In this document: piece by piece, positions 13,109 to 27,489 of the stretch
Position numbering within the stretch: the first letter of the stretch is position 1
Layout: each line of letters opens with the position of its first letter
NCBI RefSeq assembly: GCF_016432865.1
Contig: NC_067401.1
Span: 181,598,001 to 181,662,000, forward strand
Direction of reading: 5' to 3'
DNA from: Antechinus flavipes
Lineage: Eukaryota
Length of the DNA: 64,000 nucleotides
Notes under the pieces: generated by a model
Seen by the model: the letters and a program-made list of their open reading frames with translations, nothing else
The model's database searches: none
What the model was told of the DNA's origin: nothing
Translations under genes and position numbers: made by a program

Positions 13109-14128
13109 AGGGAAGGAGGAAATCACCTCCTCCCCGAATTGATCTTTTGGATAACTGGATCCCCATTCAGGAAGCCTTCAAAGTGACTTTCATTCAATTT
13201 GGAGATCTGGGTCTGATTCTGAGTGGCTTGAAACTCCAAGTATCTAGGCCTGGGGACATTGACTTTCTTTTCATCTGGAGGTTTTAGCCTCAGACTTCTA
13301 TAAAGGACAATTCTAAACCATATTTTTGCAGAATGTTTAAAGCAGGATTATGCTTTGTCAAGGAACCTCTCTTCTTGGCATGGCTGCCTGCTAAGACTCC
13401 GGCCCACTGTGAAGAGACCGTCTTCTCAGTGCCGATAAACTTCCTTTTTTGCCACGAATATTTCAGGTTTGTAAATTGTTTCATGTTGAACCTGCGCTGA
13501 CCAGAAGGGCATTCCCACTACTCTCTACACCACCACTAGAACAGCATCAACTTTAATGCCAAAACAAGCACAGACTATCAAACATGGCAGGGAATCCTCA
13601 GAAGGAATGGTTTTGGAAACAGTAATAGCAACAATTCACTTATTAGCCTTCTAACATTAACACTGTCTTTCATTTAATAACATACAATAAAACTTTGTGG
13701 ATGCACTTTCAAAGCAACCATTGGCATTTAATAGATTATGTCATTGAAGAAGAAGCAGACAGAATGTGAGAATGATGAAGGCAGAGTGCTGAAGTGATCA
13801 TCAACTTATCCTCTCCAAGTGAAGTACTGAAGTTATTAAAAAAAAAAAAAAAAAAAGTCAGCCCTAATTCAAGGAAACCAACAGAAGACAATGTCAATAG
13901 ATTCAAGTGATTTTCCATTACTATTTTTCAGAAAAAGTAACAGTAAAGTAGAAAAGGAGTGGGAAACTTTCAAAGATTTGCACTGTATAGAACTGAATGT
14001 ACTCATCTGGGCCAGGACACTCATAAATATCAAGATTGGTTTGACAAAAATGATGGGGAAATACAGAAATTGCTAAATAAAAAAGATAATTCGTAAAGTG
14101 CAAGTAAAGTCTAGAAAGATGCAGTATA

Positions 14129-14235
14129 AGGCAGTGAGGTGGTGCAGTGGATAGAGCACCAGTCCTGTGAAGTCAGGAGGACCTGAATTCAAATCTGTCT
14201 TCAAACACTTAACACTTCCTAGTTGTGTGACCATA
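14129..14235 (+). mobile_element. WSINE1-like SINE (3'-truncated)
   Basis: ggcagtgaggtggtgcagtggatagagcacc...gtgtgacc. Confidence 0.75.
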
Positions 14236-14774
14236 GGCATATTATCCAGCAAGACTGAGGCGTGTGGAGATTGGTTCAATTGCAAAGTGGACAGTTTAAT
14301 AAACTAACTTGACTGAATGGGACTATGGTCCAAAGCTCCCGATCTCAAACATGTTGTTAAGGAAGCTTATGTAGGATTGTAACTAGCAAAGTCTGTAAAT
14401 GATAACAGAAGCAAAAAGAATGCAGTTAGGCAATTTCCTTATTTATTATCAGGCAGTTGTTATACAAGAAAAATAAGTTTTTTCACAGCCTAAAGATGCA
14501 TACATGGTGGGAATGGGCTTGGGATATATACAATGGGTTTAGGATGCATATAGTGGTGGAAATGGATTTAAGGAGATTTTCCAAGGTCACTAATTTCAGA
14601 GAACAATGATCCTATTTTGGAAAATATCTTGCAGGTGTGATGAACCAAATAAGCATAAGAACAGAAATAAGCAAAGTCACTCTAGTCATTCTTGTCATTT
14701 TGATCTAGTGTGTGAGGCAGCTAAGTTCAAGTTCTCATGAGTCCTTTTTGGTTCAACAACTTAACTCCAATTGC

Positions 14775-15237
14775 CCTCAGGATAAAAAAAAGAAAAGATG
14801 CAGCATGAAATTCAATTTACACTGAAAGTAACAATCTAGAGCACTTTTATGATACCATGAAGGCTTTTTATGGGTCAAAAAACTATAGTGCATTTCAACT
14901 ACTCAGGCTGATAGAGCCACATAGTTCTGGAGACATGGCTGAACACTTCCACTGTGTTCTCAATAGACCATCATCTATTGATGCTAAAACCACTGATTGT
15001 TTACCTCAGATTGCAGTCAATCCTTCCCTAGCTGAAGTTCCAACTGAAGAAAAGGTTTTGAATGACATCAGGGTCCTTTCATGTGACACAGCACCTAATG
15101 TTGATTCTTTTCCAGCTAAATACAAGACAAGAGGTATATTGCTTATTCAAAAGTTGACTAAAATCTTTAGGATTATATGGCAAAATAAGTTTAACCCCCA
15201 GAAATTTAAGGATGCAAATAGATGTCCTCTGGGATGA
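14775..15237 (+). mobile_element. RTE-clade LINE fragment
   Basis: ORF KAFYG.K...AEHF..VLNRPSSI...LPQ..VN..L.EVPT.E.V...APxxDxFPA is typical of the RTE ORF upstream of RT. Confidence 0.75.
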
Positions 15238-15367
15238 GTCTTTATCTTTTTCTGCCTTCACTGACAAGATTCTGACCTCCTCTTCATCCTCCTTCTCATT
15301 AGGCTGGTTCTTTTTTTTTTTTTTTTTTTTTGTTTTTTTAATCTTTATTTTCAAAATATATGTAAGG

Positions 15368-16284
15368 CAAAGCACTACTGATCAGAGAAATGCAAACTAA
15401 GACAACTCTGAGAAACCACTACACACCTGTCAGATTGGCTAAGATGACAGGAAAAAATAATGATGAATGTGGGAGGGGATGTGGGAAAACTGGGACATTG
15501 ATGCATTGTTGGTGAAATTGTGAACGAATCCAACCATTCTGGAAAGCAATCTGGAACTATGCCCAAAAAGTTATCAAACTGTGCATACCGTTTGATCCAG
15601 CAGTGCTATTACTGGGCTTATATCCCAAAGAAATACTAAAGAAGGGAAAGGGACCTGTATATGTCAAAATGTTTGTGGCAGCCCTTTTTATAGTGGCTAG
15701 AAACTGGAAAATGAATGGATGCCCATCAATTGGAGAATGGTTGGGTAAATTGTGGTATATAAATATTATGGAATATTATTGTTCTGTCAGAAATGACCAG
15801 CAGGATGAATACAGAGAGCCTTAGAGAGAATTACATGAATTGATGCTAAGTGAAATGAGCAGAACCAGAAGATCATTATATACTTCAACAATGATACTGT
15901 ACAAGAATGTATTCTGATGGAAGTGAATATCTTCCACAAAGAGAAGATTTAACTCAGTTCCAATTGATCAATGATGGACAGAAGCAGCTACACCCAGAGA
16001 AGAAACACTGGGAAATGAGTGTAAACTATTTGCATTTTTGTTTTTCTTCCCAGGTTATTTTTACCTAATGAATCCAATTCTCCCTGTGCAACAAGAGAAC
16101 TGTTCACTTTTGCACATATATATTGTATCTAGGATATACTATAACATATTTAATATGTATAAGACTGCCATCAAGGGGAGAGGGTGGAGGGAAGAAAGGG
16201 AAAAGTCGGAACAGAAGCGAGTGCAAGGGATAATGTTGTAAAAAATTACCCAGGCATATGTTCTGTCAATAAAAATTATAATAA
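15368..16284 (+). mobile_element. Young 5'-truncated L1 with 15-bp TSD
   Basis: Open ORF2 tail (LLGLYPKEI..RNWK..GCPSIGEWL); TSD AAAATATATGTAAGG at 15353-15367 and 16285-16299. Confidence 0.9.
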
Positions 16285-16599
16285 AAAATATATGTAAGGA
16301 TAATTTTTCACCACTGACCCTTGCAAAACCTTTTGTTCCAGTTTCCCCCTTTGTCCCCACCACTTCTCCTCTAGATGGCAAGTAATTCACTATATGTTAA
16401 ACATGGTAAGAATATATACAAATTCAATATATGCATACATATTTATACAATTATCTTGCTGCACAAGAAAAAATCAGATCAAAAAGGGAAAAAAAGAAAA
16501 TAAAATTCAAGCAACAACAAAAGTGAAAATGCTATGTTGTGATCTACATTCAGTCCCCACAGTCCTCTCTCTAGACATAGATGGTTCTCATCATCACAA

Positions 16600-17168
16600 T
16601 GTTATGCCACAGTTCCCTTCTAATTGTCCTGTCTCAGTTTCCCTGAATTGTTCTGCCTCAATTTCCCTAAATTGCTCTGCCTCAGTTCCTTGAATTGTTC
16701 TGCCTTAATCCCCTTGGTTGCAACCCCCCTTTTCTGCTCATTAGAACTGAGATAATTAGGGCTGTGGAGATCTGGCATTCCAAAATTTAAGACTCCAGAT
16801 GTCCTATCTCAGATACCTAATTGGCATTGTCTATATCTCTAAGTTTCAGACTTCCCTGCTGTGGTTGGACACCTCCTAAATCCTCCTAATTTATAAGAAT
16901 TTATGGTCCTACCCCCCCAACCTGTCAGAACTGGATTGATGATCCCTGCCTGGAGATTTTCCCTCACCAGAGTTTGGACTCCACCCCTTCTGCCTTTGTG
17001 TACCTGAGCTTAGAGTCATATATATGTCATTGAGAACTTACATCTGCTGCTGGATGCTTTGAGACAGCAGCCCTGGGGGCAACATGCCCCCAGCACAATC
17101 TCTCCCTCTCAAATAAAATATTAAAAACTCTCTAATCTCTATCTTGCCTCAGTTTCTCCAGCATTACA
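16600..17168 (+). mobile_element. Solo LTR, family A
   Basis: TGTTATGCCAC...GCATTACA with 5' tandem ctgcctcagtttccct repeats and AATAAA; flanks ACAA/ATAA. Confidence 0.85.
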
Positions 17169-17968
17169 ATAAAATTATTGGAATTGGCCCAAATCATCTC
17201 ATTGTTGAAAAGAGCCACATCCAACAGAATTAATCATCACATAATCTTGCCATTGCTGTGTACAATGAAATCCTGGTTCTGCTCATTTCACTTAGCATCA
17301 GTTCATGGAACTCTCTCCAGGCCTCTTTAAAATCATCCTGCTGATAATTTTTTTACAGAACAATAATATTCCATAACATTCATATACCCTAATTTATTCA
17401 GCTATTCTTCAACTGTTAGACATCCACTCAGTTTCCAGTTTCTAGCCACTACAAAGAGGGCTGCCACAAACATTTTTGCACATGTGAGTCCCTTTCCCTC
17501 CTTTAAGATCTCTTTGGGACATTAGCCCAGTAGAAACACTACTGCATCAAAAGGTATGCACTATTTGATAACCTTTTGAGCATAGTTCCAAATTCCTCTT
17601 CAGAATGTCTCAATCTCTTCACAATTTCAGCAACAATGTATAGTATCCCAGTTTTCCCACGTCTCCTCCAGCATTCTTTATTACCTTTTCCTGTCATCTT
17701 AGGCAATCTGAGAGATGTGTAGTGGTACCTCACAGCTGTCTTAATTTGCATTTCTCTGGTCAATAGTAATTTAGAGCACTTTTTAATATAACTAGAAATG
17801 ATTTCAATTTCTTTATCTGAAAATTGTTCATATCCTTTCATCATTTATCAATTGGAGAATGGCTTGAATTCTTATAAGTTTGAGTTAATTCTCTATATAT
17901 TTTAGAAATGAGGCCTTTATCAGAACCTTGAACCTAAAAATGTTTTCCCAATTTATCGCTTCCCCTCT

Positions 17969-18092
17969 TGTTAAAAACTGCTTTATAGATCCCAAGTACC
18001 CCTGGCCCTGAAAAACTGGGTTTGAAAAAGCCTTGAACTTCAGATGACCCAGCAATCCCAAACTCCTTTTACATACTAAAAAACAAACAAAC

Positions 18093-18123
<31 letters not shown>

Positions 18124-18760
18124 CAAAAACAAAACAACAAAAAAAACCCCACTTGTCTCCATGTCTCTGTCAGAACTTTCCTTGGCATAGAAATAGCAAA
18201 GGAAACCTTATGCAAGACCTCCCTGCCCATGTCTTAGAAGTATTTCTTTAAAGATAACTGTTGAGCCACCACTACTACCCTCTACTTCTTTGCCATTAGG
18301 ACTGGAAATTGAGTTTTAAAAAAGAGCCCAGGAAAAATCTTGGAGCTCCAATCATACCATTGTGTCATAAACTCCAGCTGCATTGTCTCGATCCTTGCTA
18401 GGATAATTCCCCCTCTTTTTGAGTATTGTCTCTTGCTTAGTTGTCTCCTGCCCTGAACCTTCTTATCTTGACCCCTATCCTGTTAGGAATAAGTTATGTT
18501 CCTTTCCTGGAATTATGGTTGTCGGTTCTCCCAGTGTCCTCGCCCCTTATCTGCTTCTGTTTCCCCTATAAGGCTGTATACTTTAGGTTATGTATTCTGT
18601 TTGCAAATCCTAGTTAGCTAAAACCCTATATAAGTTCCCTGCCTTGGTTTATCTGCACTAAATGCTTTGGACAAGAGTCTTATGAGGTCAGGTAGCTTAA
18701 ACTTTTCAAATTAAAGATTAAAAACCAATATCTGTCTGCCTCAGTTTCTCTGGTATTACA
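17969..18760 (+). mobile_element. Solo LTR, family C, followed by an A-related LTR 3' part to 19041
   Basis: TGTTAAAA...GGTATTACA; body homologous to 28161-28651; contains a (CAAAA)n tract. Confidence 0.75.
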
Positions 18761-19494
18761 TAACAATAGCTGCAAAGATGTTAGATAAGGAAGCAAGCCA
18801 ACCGTTTATCTGGTTTCTGTCAAACTTGCTTACACAAAAGCCTACAAAAGGCCTGATGTCTCTTTTGTTCGGTACCACATGCCTTGGATAGAACTCTCGT
18901 GTGGTCAGTTGACTTTCAATAAATTCTCCAATTTAAAATAATGAGTGTTCCCCTCCATATCATGGCACTCTAATCTCCTTCTCAAATTAAATATTAAAAA
19001 TTGTCTAATCTCTATCTTGCCTCAATTTCTTCAGCATTACATGGGCAATCAAATTTTGCCATGATCTATCTACAATTTAGTTCCATGATAGCACCCTTGC
19101 TCATATTCTAGAAGATGGACAATGCTTTCTAATTTTTCCCATCACCAGCGAAGTGAAACAGGGCTCTGTGTTTGCTTCTATACTTTTTAGCACGATGCTT
19201 TCAATGAACAGGCAAACAGGATTAAGTGATTTAGCCAGTGTCGCACAATTAGTACATGTCTAAGACTGAATGAGCCCTTCTGACTAAGCAAGTGTTCAAT
19301 CCACATAGAAGTTAAGGTTACCAAGCACTGAATAGTCAAGCATAAGTAAAAATGACAGCCAGCAAGTCTACATAATACATCACTAATTTGTTGTAGAGAC
19401 ATCAAGGGATACAGGTATTTTAAACCAAAACAATTTAGAAACGATTTAAAGAATTCTTTCCAGGCTACGAGATAAACGTCATAAAAGGGAATGC

Positions 19495-19680
19495 ATAACG
19501 CTGAAGCTGTTCGATTGGTTCAGTTTTTTAAATCACCCAACCAATTGGAAAGTAGAATTGATATTTGGTAGTTTGCTGGTTTGCATGTGTTCCTTCCAAT
19601 AGAGAGGGACTTAGCATTTTTTATCCAATCAGGCATTAGAGTTTTCCAATGCTTCATTTGAATACACAAACTAGAAGTAA
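19495..19680 (+). promoter_or_regulatory. Relict H2A/H2B-type bidirectional promoter
   Basis: Same layout as 39520-39690: gctgttcgattgg versus gctgtccggttgg, CCAAT pair, and ATTTGAAT at 19656-19663. Confidence 0.6.
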
Positions 19681-19745
19681 ACCAGATATGAAGAAGCAGC
19701 GGCTAATCTTTTCTGAATTGTTTGGCTCTTTATCACTTTTCGACC

Positions 19746-20125
<380 letters not shown>

Positions 20126-22176
20126 CTACTTAACTCCGAAGACTTTAAAAATCACAACCCCAAGGGCTCTTTTCAAAAGCCACCTATACTTTCGAACAAA
20201 AAGCTTTTAACACTCAACTTAACGAGATAACTTTTAAGTACAGGAATCTGATATACGGAATGAACATCCAGTAGATAATCTTAGATTAACTCGAGACGGG
20301 CTCGACTTGAAAAAATCACCAAGAGGAAAATAGTCAATAGTGGACAAGATGCTTTCCTAAACTCTTGAGACATTTTGTACTCCCAGAAAAGGGCAGAAGA
20401 GAAAGACTTTAAAAACGATATCCTTCCCTCCCACCTGCATCAAATTTTTTCCCTTAGTTATTGGTTTTGTTCAGATGAGAAGCCAAATAATTGCTTGAAG
20501 ATCTATTTCTGGAAGAAAGACTACCTTAAATAAAGGAGTAATTTTATAGAAATTATTTTTATAAGGATCTAAAGAGTATTTACACGGGAGAGAATGATTG
20601 TCCCCGGGGTGGGAGGCAGGAAGAGAAATGAGACCAGGAGGGAGAAGGGGAAGGCCTGTCCCTTGTTCCCGAAGGTTTCTAAACTCGTAGCAAAGTTTTG
20701 TTTGGTTTTGGTTTTGGTTTTTGAGGCATCACCCTGTCTGGGAAGAGAAAGGAGGTTTATGGAAATGCTTATGACATTGAACAGGAGGCCAAAATTCCTG
20801 TAACATCTCCCATGGAACCAAAGCACATAATCCAAAGTTGTATTATTGTTACATAAAAAGTACTATGGAGACTATACAATATTGTGTAATTGGGTCACAT
20901 AGCTCGGCCTGTGTTAAGTGTCTGAAGTCACATTTGAACTTAGGTCCTCCTGACTTTAGTGCTTACTACTATATTAAAGGAAACAAATTTTCCTCAACTT
21001 TTTTTTTTTTTTTTTTAAATTCAAGTTTGGCTTAGATAAGAGCAAATTCCTATTCAGAGAAAAATCAAAGTTTCTGACCTTGTAAGGTTTAACATTTAGT
21101 AAATATATAACTAAAACGCAATCAACAATGTAGACTACACCTTTGATTTTGTTATTAGAATATGCTTTCTATCAAAGTATATTTTTAAAAAGTTGCTTTG
21201 GGGCACTGAGTTTGAATTACTTCCTCAGTGTTACTCAGAGGTACAATATGAATTGAAATCATCACTCCAGGGCTATCACATTCCCTCAATAACAATTACA
21301 TGAGATATGAAATAAATGCCATGTCTTCCAGGAAGGCTTTCCACATCTCCCATACTAAATTTGAATTAGACTTTAAAGATGTATAAGAAATCAGCAGACA
21401 GTTCATTCCTGGCATTGGGAACAGCTTACATAATGGTACTGTTTGGTACAAAGAAACCTACCCAAATTGACTACTACAGAGATCCCTCATAGAAAGCAGA
21501 ATGATTTATTAGAATCTCTAGAAGCGGACCCCAACCAAATTTCACAGTAAGATAGGGCTAGAGCCTTGAAAATGCTTACAGCTTTTATACATTTCAGACA
21601 AAAAACCCTCCAAAATTCCACCCTCTATATGTTGTGATTGGTCACATAAATCTACTGTTCCCCTAGTTGGTCAGTAGAATGTAGTAGACAAGGTGATATA
21701 CAAATTCTTCGGCAAGTAATCCCTTTTTTGCATAATAGAATATAGTCCAGGCCTTATCTAAAATCATGTGACTCTGGAGAAGCTGAAACTGAGGCCTACA
21801 GGCTTGATCTACTTTAACTAATGGTTTCTGATCAATATGTGCTTAAACTGTAAATTCTTCACCTTTTCCCACACAGCACTGAAGTAGCAAAGTAGAGACT
21901 ATATCTGGAAGATAAATTGTGGTGCAGTTTGGTTGGATTGTTGGGTGGTCTGAAAAGAATAACATGAGAGACTAGAAATATAGGAGGCTGTCAGATTTTG
22001 CAAAGTAAAGGAATCTGAATTGTATTCTATAAGCACTAAGGAGCTACTGAGATTTTTAAGCAATGGAATTATGGGACTAAATTTATGCTTAAGAAAAATT
22101 GTTCTGGCAGTATCATGATGGATGGATTGGAGTTTGTATGTATATTAGGAATGGAGGAGGTAAGTGGAGGTGGAAA

Positions 22177-22345
22177 TGTTGTGCCACAGTTTTCTTTTAT
22201 TCTCCTGACTCAGTTTCCCTAATTGGTCCTGCCTCAGTTTCCCTAAATTGTTCTACCTCAGCTTTCCTAATTAGTCTTGCCACAGTTTCCCTAATGGTTA
22301 TGCCCCAATCCCCTTAGTTGTAAACCCCCCTCTGGTTCATGAAGA
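22177..22345 (+). mobile_element. Family A LTR, 5' fragment
   Basis: TGTTGTGCCACAG start and tandem repeats; truncated by L1. Confidence 0.75.
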
Positions 22346-22349
22346 CTGT

Positions 22350-25300
22350 CAGTAGTTACTTTAAATGGAATTTCTCTTTGTAACTCTGTTGGATTTTGTT
22401 AGTGATATATAAAAATGCTGATGATTTATGTGGGTTTATTTTGTATCCTGCAACTTTGCTAAAGATGTGGATTATTTCTAATACTGGGGTTCTCTAAATA
22501 TGCCATCATATCATCAGCAAAGAGTGATAATTTGGTTTCTTCATTACCTACATTAATTCCTTTAATTTCTTCCTCATCTCTTATTGCCAAAGCTAGCATT
22601 TCAATACAATATTGAATAGTAATGGTAAAAGAGGGCAACCTTTTTCACTCTTGATCTTATTGGTAATGGTTCCAGTTTATCCTCATTATATATGATGCTT
22701 ACTGATGGTTTTAAATAGATACTACTGATTATTTTAAGGAAAAGACCATTTATTCCTATACTCTCAAGAGTTTTTAATAGGAATGGAAGTTGGATTTTAT
22801 CAAATGTTTTTTATGTACCTATTGAGATGATCATATGGTTTTTGTTAATTTGGTTATTAATATGGCCAATTATACTGATAGTTTTCCTAATATTGAACCA
22901 GCCTTGCATTCCTGGTATAAACCCTACCTGATCATGGTGTATTATCCTGGGGATGATTTTCTGTAGTCTTTTTGCTAATATCTTGCTTAAGATTTTAGCA
23001 TCAATATTCATTAGGGAGATTGGTCTATAATTTTCTTTATCTATTTTCAACCTACCTGGTTTAGATATCAGTACCATGTCTGTGTCATAAAAGGAATTTG
23101 GTAGGATTCCTTCATTCCCTATTTTTTCAAATAGTTTATATAGCATTGGGGCTAATTGTTATTTAAATATTTGGTAGAATTCACATGTAAATCCATGTGG
23201 TCCTGGGGATTTTTTCTTAGGGAGTTGATTAATAGCTTGTTCTATTTCTTTTTCTGAGATGGGACTATTTAAACAATTTACTTCCTCCTCTGTTAACTTG
23301 GGAAGCCTATATTTTTGGAGGTAGTCATCCATTTCACTTAAGTTATCAAATTTATTGGCATAAAGTTGGGCAAAGTAACCCCTTATTATTTCTTTAATTT
23401 CCTCTTCATCTGTGGAAAGTTCTCCCTTTTCATTTTTAAGACTACTAATTTGATTTCCCTCGTTTCTTTTTCTAATCAGATTTACCAAAGGTTTATCTGT
23501 TTTATTGGTTTTTCCATAAAACCAACTCTTAGTTTTATTTATTAATTCAATATATTTTTTTTACTTTCAATATTATTAAGATCTCCTTTTAATTTTAGAA
23601 TTTCAAGTTTCGTATTTGATTGGGGGATTTTAATTTGGTCTTTTTCTAGCTTTTTAAGTTGCAACCCAATTCATTGATCTTCTCTTTTTTTATTTTATTC
23701 AAGTAAGCCTCTAAAGATATAAAATTTCCCCTTATTACTGATTTGGCTGCATCCCACAAATTTTGGTATGATGTCTCATCATTGTCATTATCTTGAGTGA
23801 AATTATTAATTGTGTCTATAATTTGCTGTTTCACCCAATCATTCTTTAAGATGAGATTATTTAGTTTCCAATTACTTTTTGGTCTATTTATCCCCAACTT
23901 TTTGTTGAATCTAGTTTTTATTTTGAGGTCTTTATGTCCTAATATATAGTCAGTTTTTGTGTAGGTTCCATGAACTGCTGAGAAGAAAGTGTACTCCTTT
24001 CTGTCACCATTCAGTTTTCTCCAGAGATCTATCATATGTAATTTTTCTAATATTCTATTTACCTCCTTAATTTCTTTCTTTTTTGTTTTGTGGTTTGATT
24101 TATCTAATTCTGAGAGTGCAAGATTGAGATCTCCCACTATTATAATTTTGCTGTCTATTTCTTCTTGTAACTCTCTTAACTTCTCCTTTAGGAAGTTCGA
24201 TGCTATACCACTTGATGCATATATGTTTAGTATTGATATTGCTTCATTGTCTATGCTACCCTTTAGCAAGATATACTTTCCTTCCTTATCTCTTTTAATT
24301 AGATCAGTTTTTGCTTTTGCTTGATCTGAGATAAGGATGGCTCCCCCTGATTTTTTTACTTCACTTGAAGCATAATAGGTTCTGCTCCAGACGTTTACTT
24401 TACTCTCTATGTATCTCCCTGATTTAAATATGTTTCCTGTAAACAACATATTGTAGGGTTCTGACTTTTGATCCAGTCTGCTATCCATCTCCGCTTTATG
24501 GGAGAGTTCATCCCATTCACATTTATAGTTAAAATTACTAATTCTGTATTCCCTGCCATCTTATTATTCCCAGATTATGCTTTTCTTTTTCTTGCCCCCT
24601 CCTCCCCCATCCCTTTTCCCAGTATTAAATTTATGGACACCACTTGCATCACACAGCTCTCCCTCTTTAGGACCCCTCTCACCTCCTTAGAATCTCTTCC
24701 CCTCTCTTGTACCCTTCCCTTATTACTCTTTTCCGTTTCCTCTCCCACTTTTTAATGAAGTGAGAGAAGTTTCTCTGTAAACCAAATGTGTCAATTATTT
24801 TCTCTTTGAGCCAACTCTGATGACAGTAAGATTCACACAATGTTCCTTCCCTGTTGGAATCCTTACAAAGTGTTAACTCATTAGAGTTGATAGAGACAAT
24901 AATTATCTAATTTAGCATGGTTCAGTATAATTGATCTGATCCTACAAGGAGATGTTATGGGCCAGAACTTGAGACAAGGTACTAAGTGGAACTGATAGAA
25001 ACAATGCTTGTGTTCACACCTTTAGAGAGCTCATATAAGCAAGAAGCTCTTAGGGCCAAAGGGCACTCTGGGACAGACACAGAGCACTCTGGGAGGAAGC
25101 CCACAAGCCCACTCTCTGAGGTGGAATCAGATTCATTCCATCTTCCACCTTTGTGCTGGCTGGAGGCTGAAGAAAGCAGAGGCAAAGGACAAGCTGCAAG
25201 AGCTCTTGGAATCAAGGAAGGATAAGAAATAAACGTTTGGATTTTATCAGCTAGCTGTATTTGGAGTGATTATTACTTGGAACTGAAACTAAGGCTGCCT

Positions 25301-26570
25301 CCAGAAAACCTCCCCAAGAAACTTGCTCTCAGAGAGAACGATTATATTAAAGAAGAGAATACCACACTCCCCCTCTCTAAATTCCCTCAGATATGATAGG
25401 TTTCTTATGCCTCATCATAGGATGTAATTTCCCTCTTTTTATCTCCCCTTTTCCCTTTTTCTGATGCTATCCCCTTTCCATTCTTACTTCCCTTTTTTAT
25501 GTTATATCAGTAAAATCAAATTATACATGTGGTTTTTATGTATATCCACAACAGAAATACAGTTCCCAAGAGTTCCTTTTACCTTTTTCTGTTTCTCTTG
25601 AGTCCTATGGTTGGAGATCAATTTTTTTGTTTGTTTTGTTTTGTTTAGATCTAGTTTTTTCCTTAGAAACAAATGGAATTCCTCTGTTTCATTAAATGTC
25701 CATCTTCTTCCATGGAAGAAAATGTTCAGCTTAGCTGGGTAGTTTATTCTTGGCTGCATTCCAAGTCCTTTTGCCTTTTGGAATATCAGATTCCAGGCCC
25801 TTCAATCCTTTAATGTTGAGGCAGCCAGATCTTGAGTGATCCTTATTGTGGCAACTTGGTATATGAATTATTTTTTCCTGGCTGCTTGTAGTATTTTTCC
25901 TTTAGTCTGATAGTTCTGAAATTTGTCCACAATATTCCTTGGAGTTTTTATTTTAGGGTCTTTTTCAGAAGATGTTCAATGAATTCTTTCAATGCTTATT
26001 TTACCTTTTGGTTCTATTACTTCTGGGCAGTTCTCTTTAATGATTTCCTGTAAAATAGTATCTAGGCTCTTTTTTTCATCATAATTTTTGGGAAGTCCAA
26101 TGATCCTCAGGTTATCTCTCCTAGACCTATTTTCCAGGTTTGTTGTTTTTCCAAGTAAATATTTGACGTTTTTTCCTAATCTTTCAATTTTTTTTTTTTT
26201 TTTGGTTTTGCTTGACTGATTCTTGATGTCTCAATGAATCAGTCATTTTTATTTGTTCAGTTCTGATTTTTAGTGAGTTATTTTCTTCATTATTTTATTT
26301 ACTTCTTTTTGTATATGTCCAATTGAGTTGTCTTGCTCTATGGAATTTTTTTCCATTTCACTAATTTTTTTAGTTAGTTATTTTCTTTTTCCAATTCAAA
26401 AATCCTACTTTCTTGGGAATTCTTTATCTTTTCCAATTCATAAATTCTGTTTCCTTGCAATTCTTGGGAGTTTTTTACCTTTTCCAATTCATATTTCAGG
26501 AAGTTGTTGCTCTCTTGCATAGCTTCTCTTTCCTTTCCCTATTTTTCTTCTAGTTTTATTTTAAGGTTTT
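22350..26570 (-). mobile_element. L1 with ORF1 and ORF2 (endonuclease to RT) remnants, split by an LTR
   Basis: ORF pieces [55 protein letters not shown] and ORF1 QPRINYPAKL. Confidence 0.92.
24852..25366 (+). mobile_element. Solo LTR, family B
   Basis: TGTTGGAATC...ACCACA with TATAAG and AATAAA; 6-bp TSD CTTCCC/CTCCCC. Confidence 0.85.
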
Positions 26571-27229
26571 TAATAAATACTAAAGTATTAAAGCTATTGA
26601 CTATTTTGTCCTTTGAACCTAACCTATTCCACTGATCAACTAATCTATTTCTTAGCCAATACCAAATGATTTTGGTAACTGAGCAGCTTCTATATTAAAA
26701 CATCTGAGGGCTTAGAATATGATATTCCAAAAGGCAAAGAAGCTTGGATTACAACCAAGAATCAACTACCCAGAAAAGCTGAGCATAATATCGGTAAATG
26801 ATGGATATTCAATAACATTGAGGACTTTCAAACTTTCCTGAAAGAGAAGCATAACAAGGTAGACAAGGGGAAAAAAACCACAATATTCAATAAGGTTAAA
26901 CTGTTTACATTTTCCTATTGGAAGATGATATTTGTAATTCTAAAGATCTGTATCTTTATTAGGGCTGTTGGAATATACTTAGAAGGTATGAATATAAACT
27001 GACTTTGATGTGATGATAAAAAAATTAAAAGGTGAAAACAAGCATTATATTGGAAGAAAAAAAGGAGGAGGCTGAATAGGATAAATTATATCACATGAAG
27101 AAGCATGAAGACCTATTACAGTGGAGGGAAAGAAGGGAAGAGGTGAGCATTGTTTGAACCTTAATCTTATCAGATTTGACTGAGAGGGAATAAAATAACA
27201 AAAATAATTGGGTAAAGAAATTTATTTTG

Positions 27230-27380
27230 GGGGCAGCTAGGTGCAGTGGATAGAGAACCAGCATTGAAGTCAGAAGGATCTGAGTTCAAATCTGGCCTTA
27301 CACATGTTAACACTTCTTAGCTGTATGACCTTAGGTAAGTCACATAACTCCAATTGCCTCAGCAAAAAGGAAAAAAAAAA
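27230..27380 (+). mobile_element. WSINE1-like SINE
   Basis: ggggcagctaggtgcagtggatagag...aattgcctcagc plus A tail. Confidence 0.8.
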
Positions 27381-27489
27381 GAAATCTCTCTTACCCTACA
27401 GAAAAGTAGGAATGGAAATTAGATTAAAAGTGGGGATGGGGGCAGGAAATTGACAGAAGAGAGAGAAAAGAGAAAAAGGAGGTTGAAAG

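Larger units (their letters stand above)
15311..17968 (-). mobile_element. Older L1 3' portion hosting a nested L1 and an LTR
   Basis: Poly-T at 15311, L1 3' UTR at 16300-17450 and ORF2 C-terminal remnants at 17450-17968. Confidence 0.82.

Noticed and set aside
16600-16710. Regularly spaced 22-bp repeats that could suggest a CRISPR-like array
   Set aside because: They are tandem U3 repeats shared by all family A LTR copies, with no unique spacers, in a eukaryotic context.
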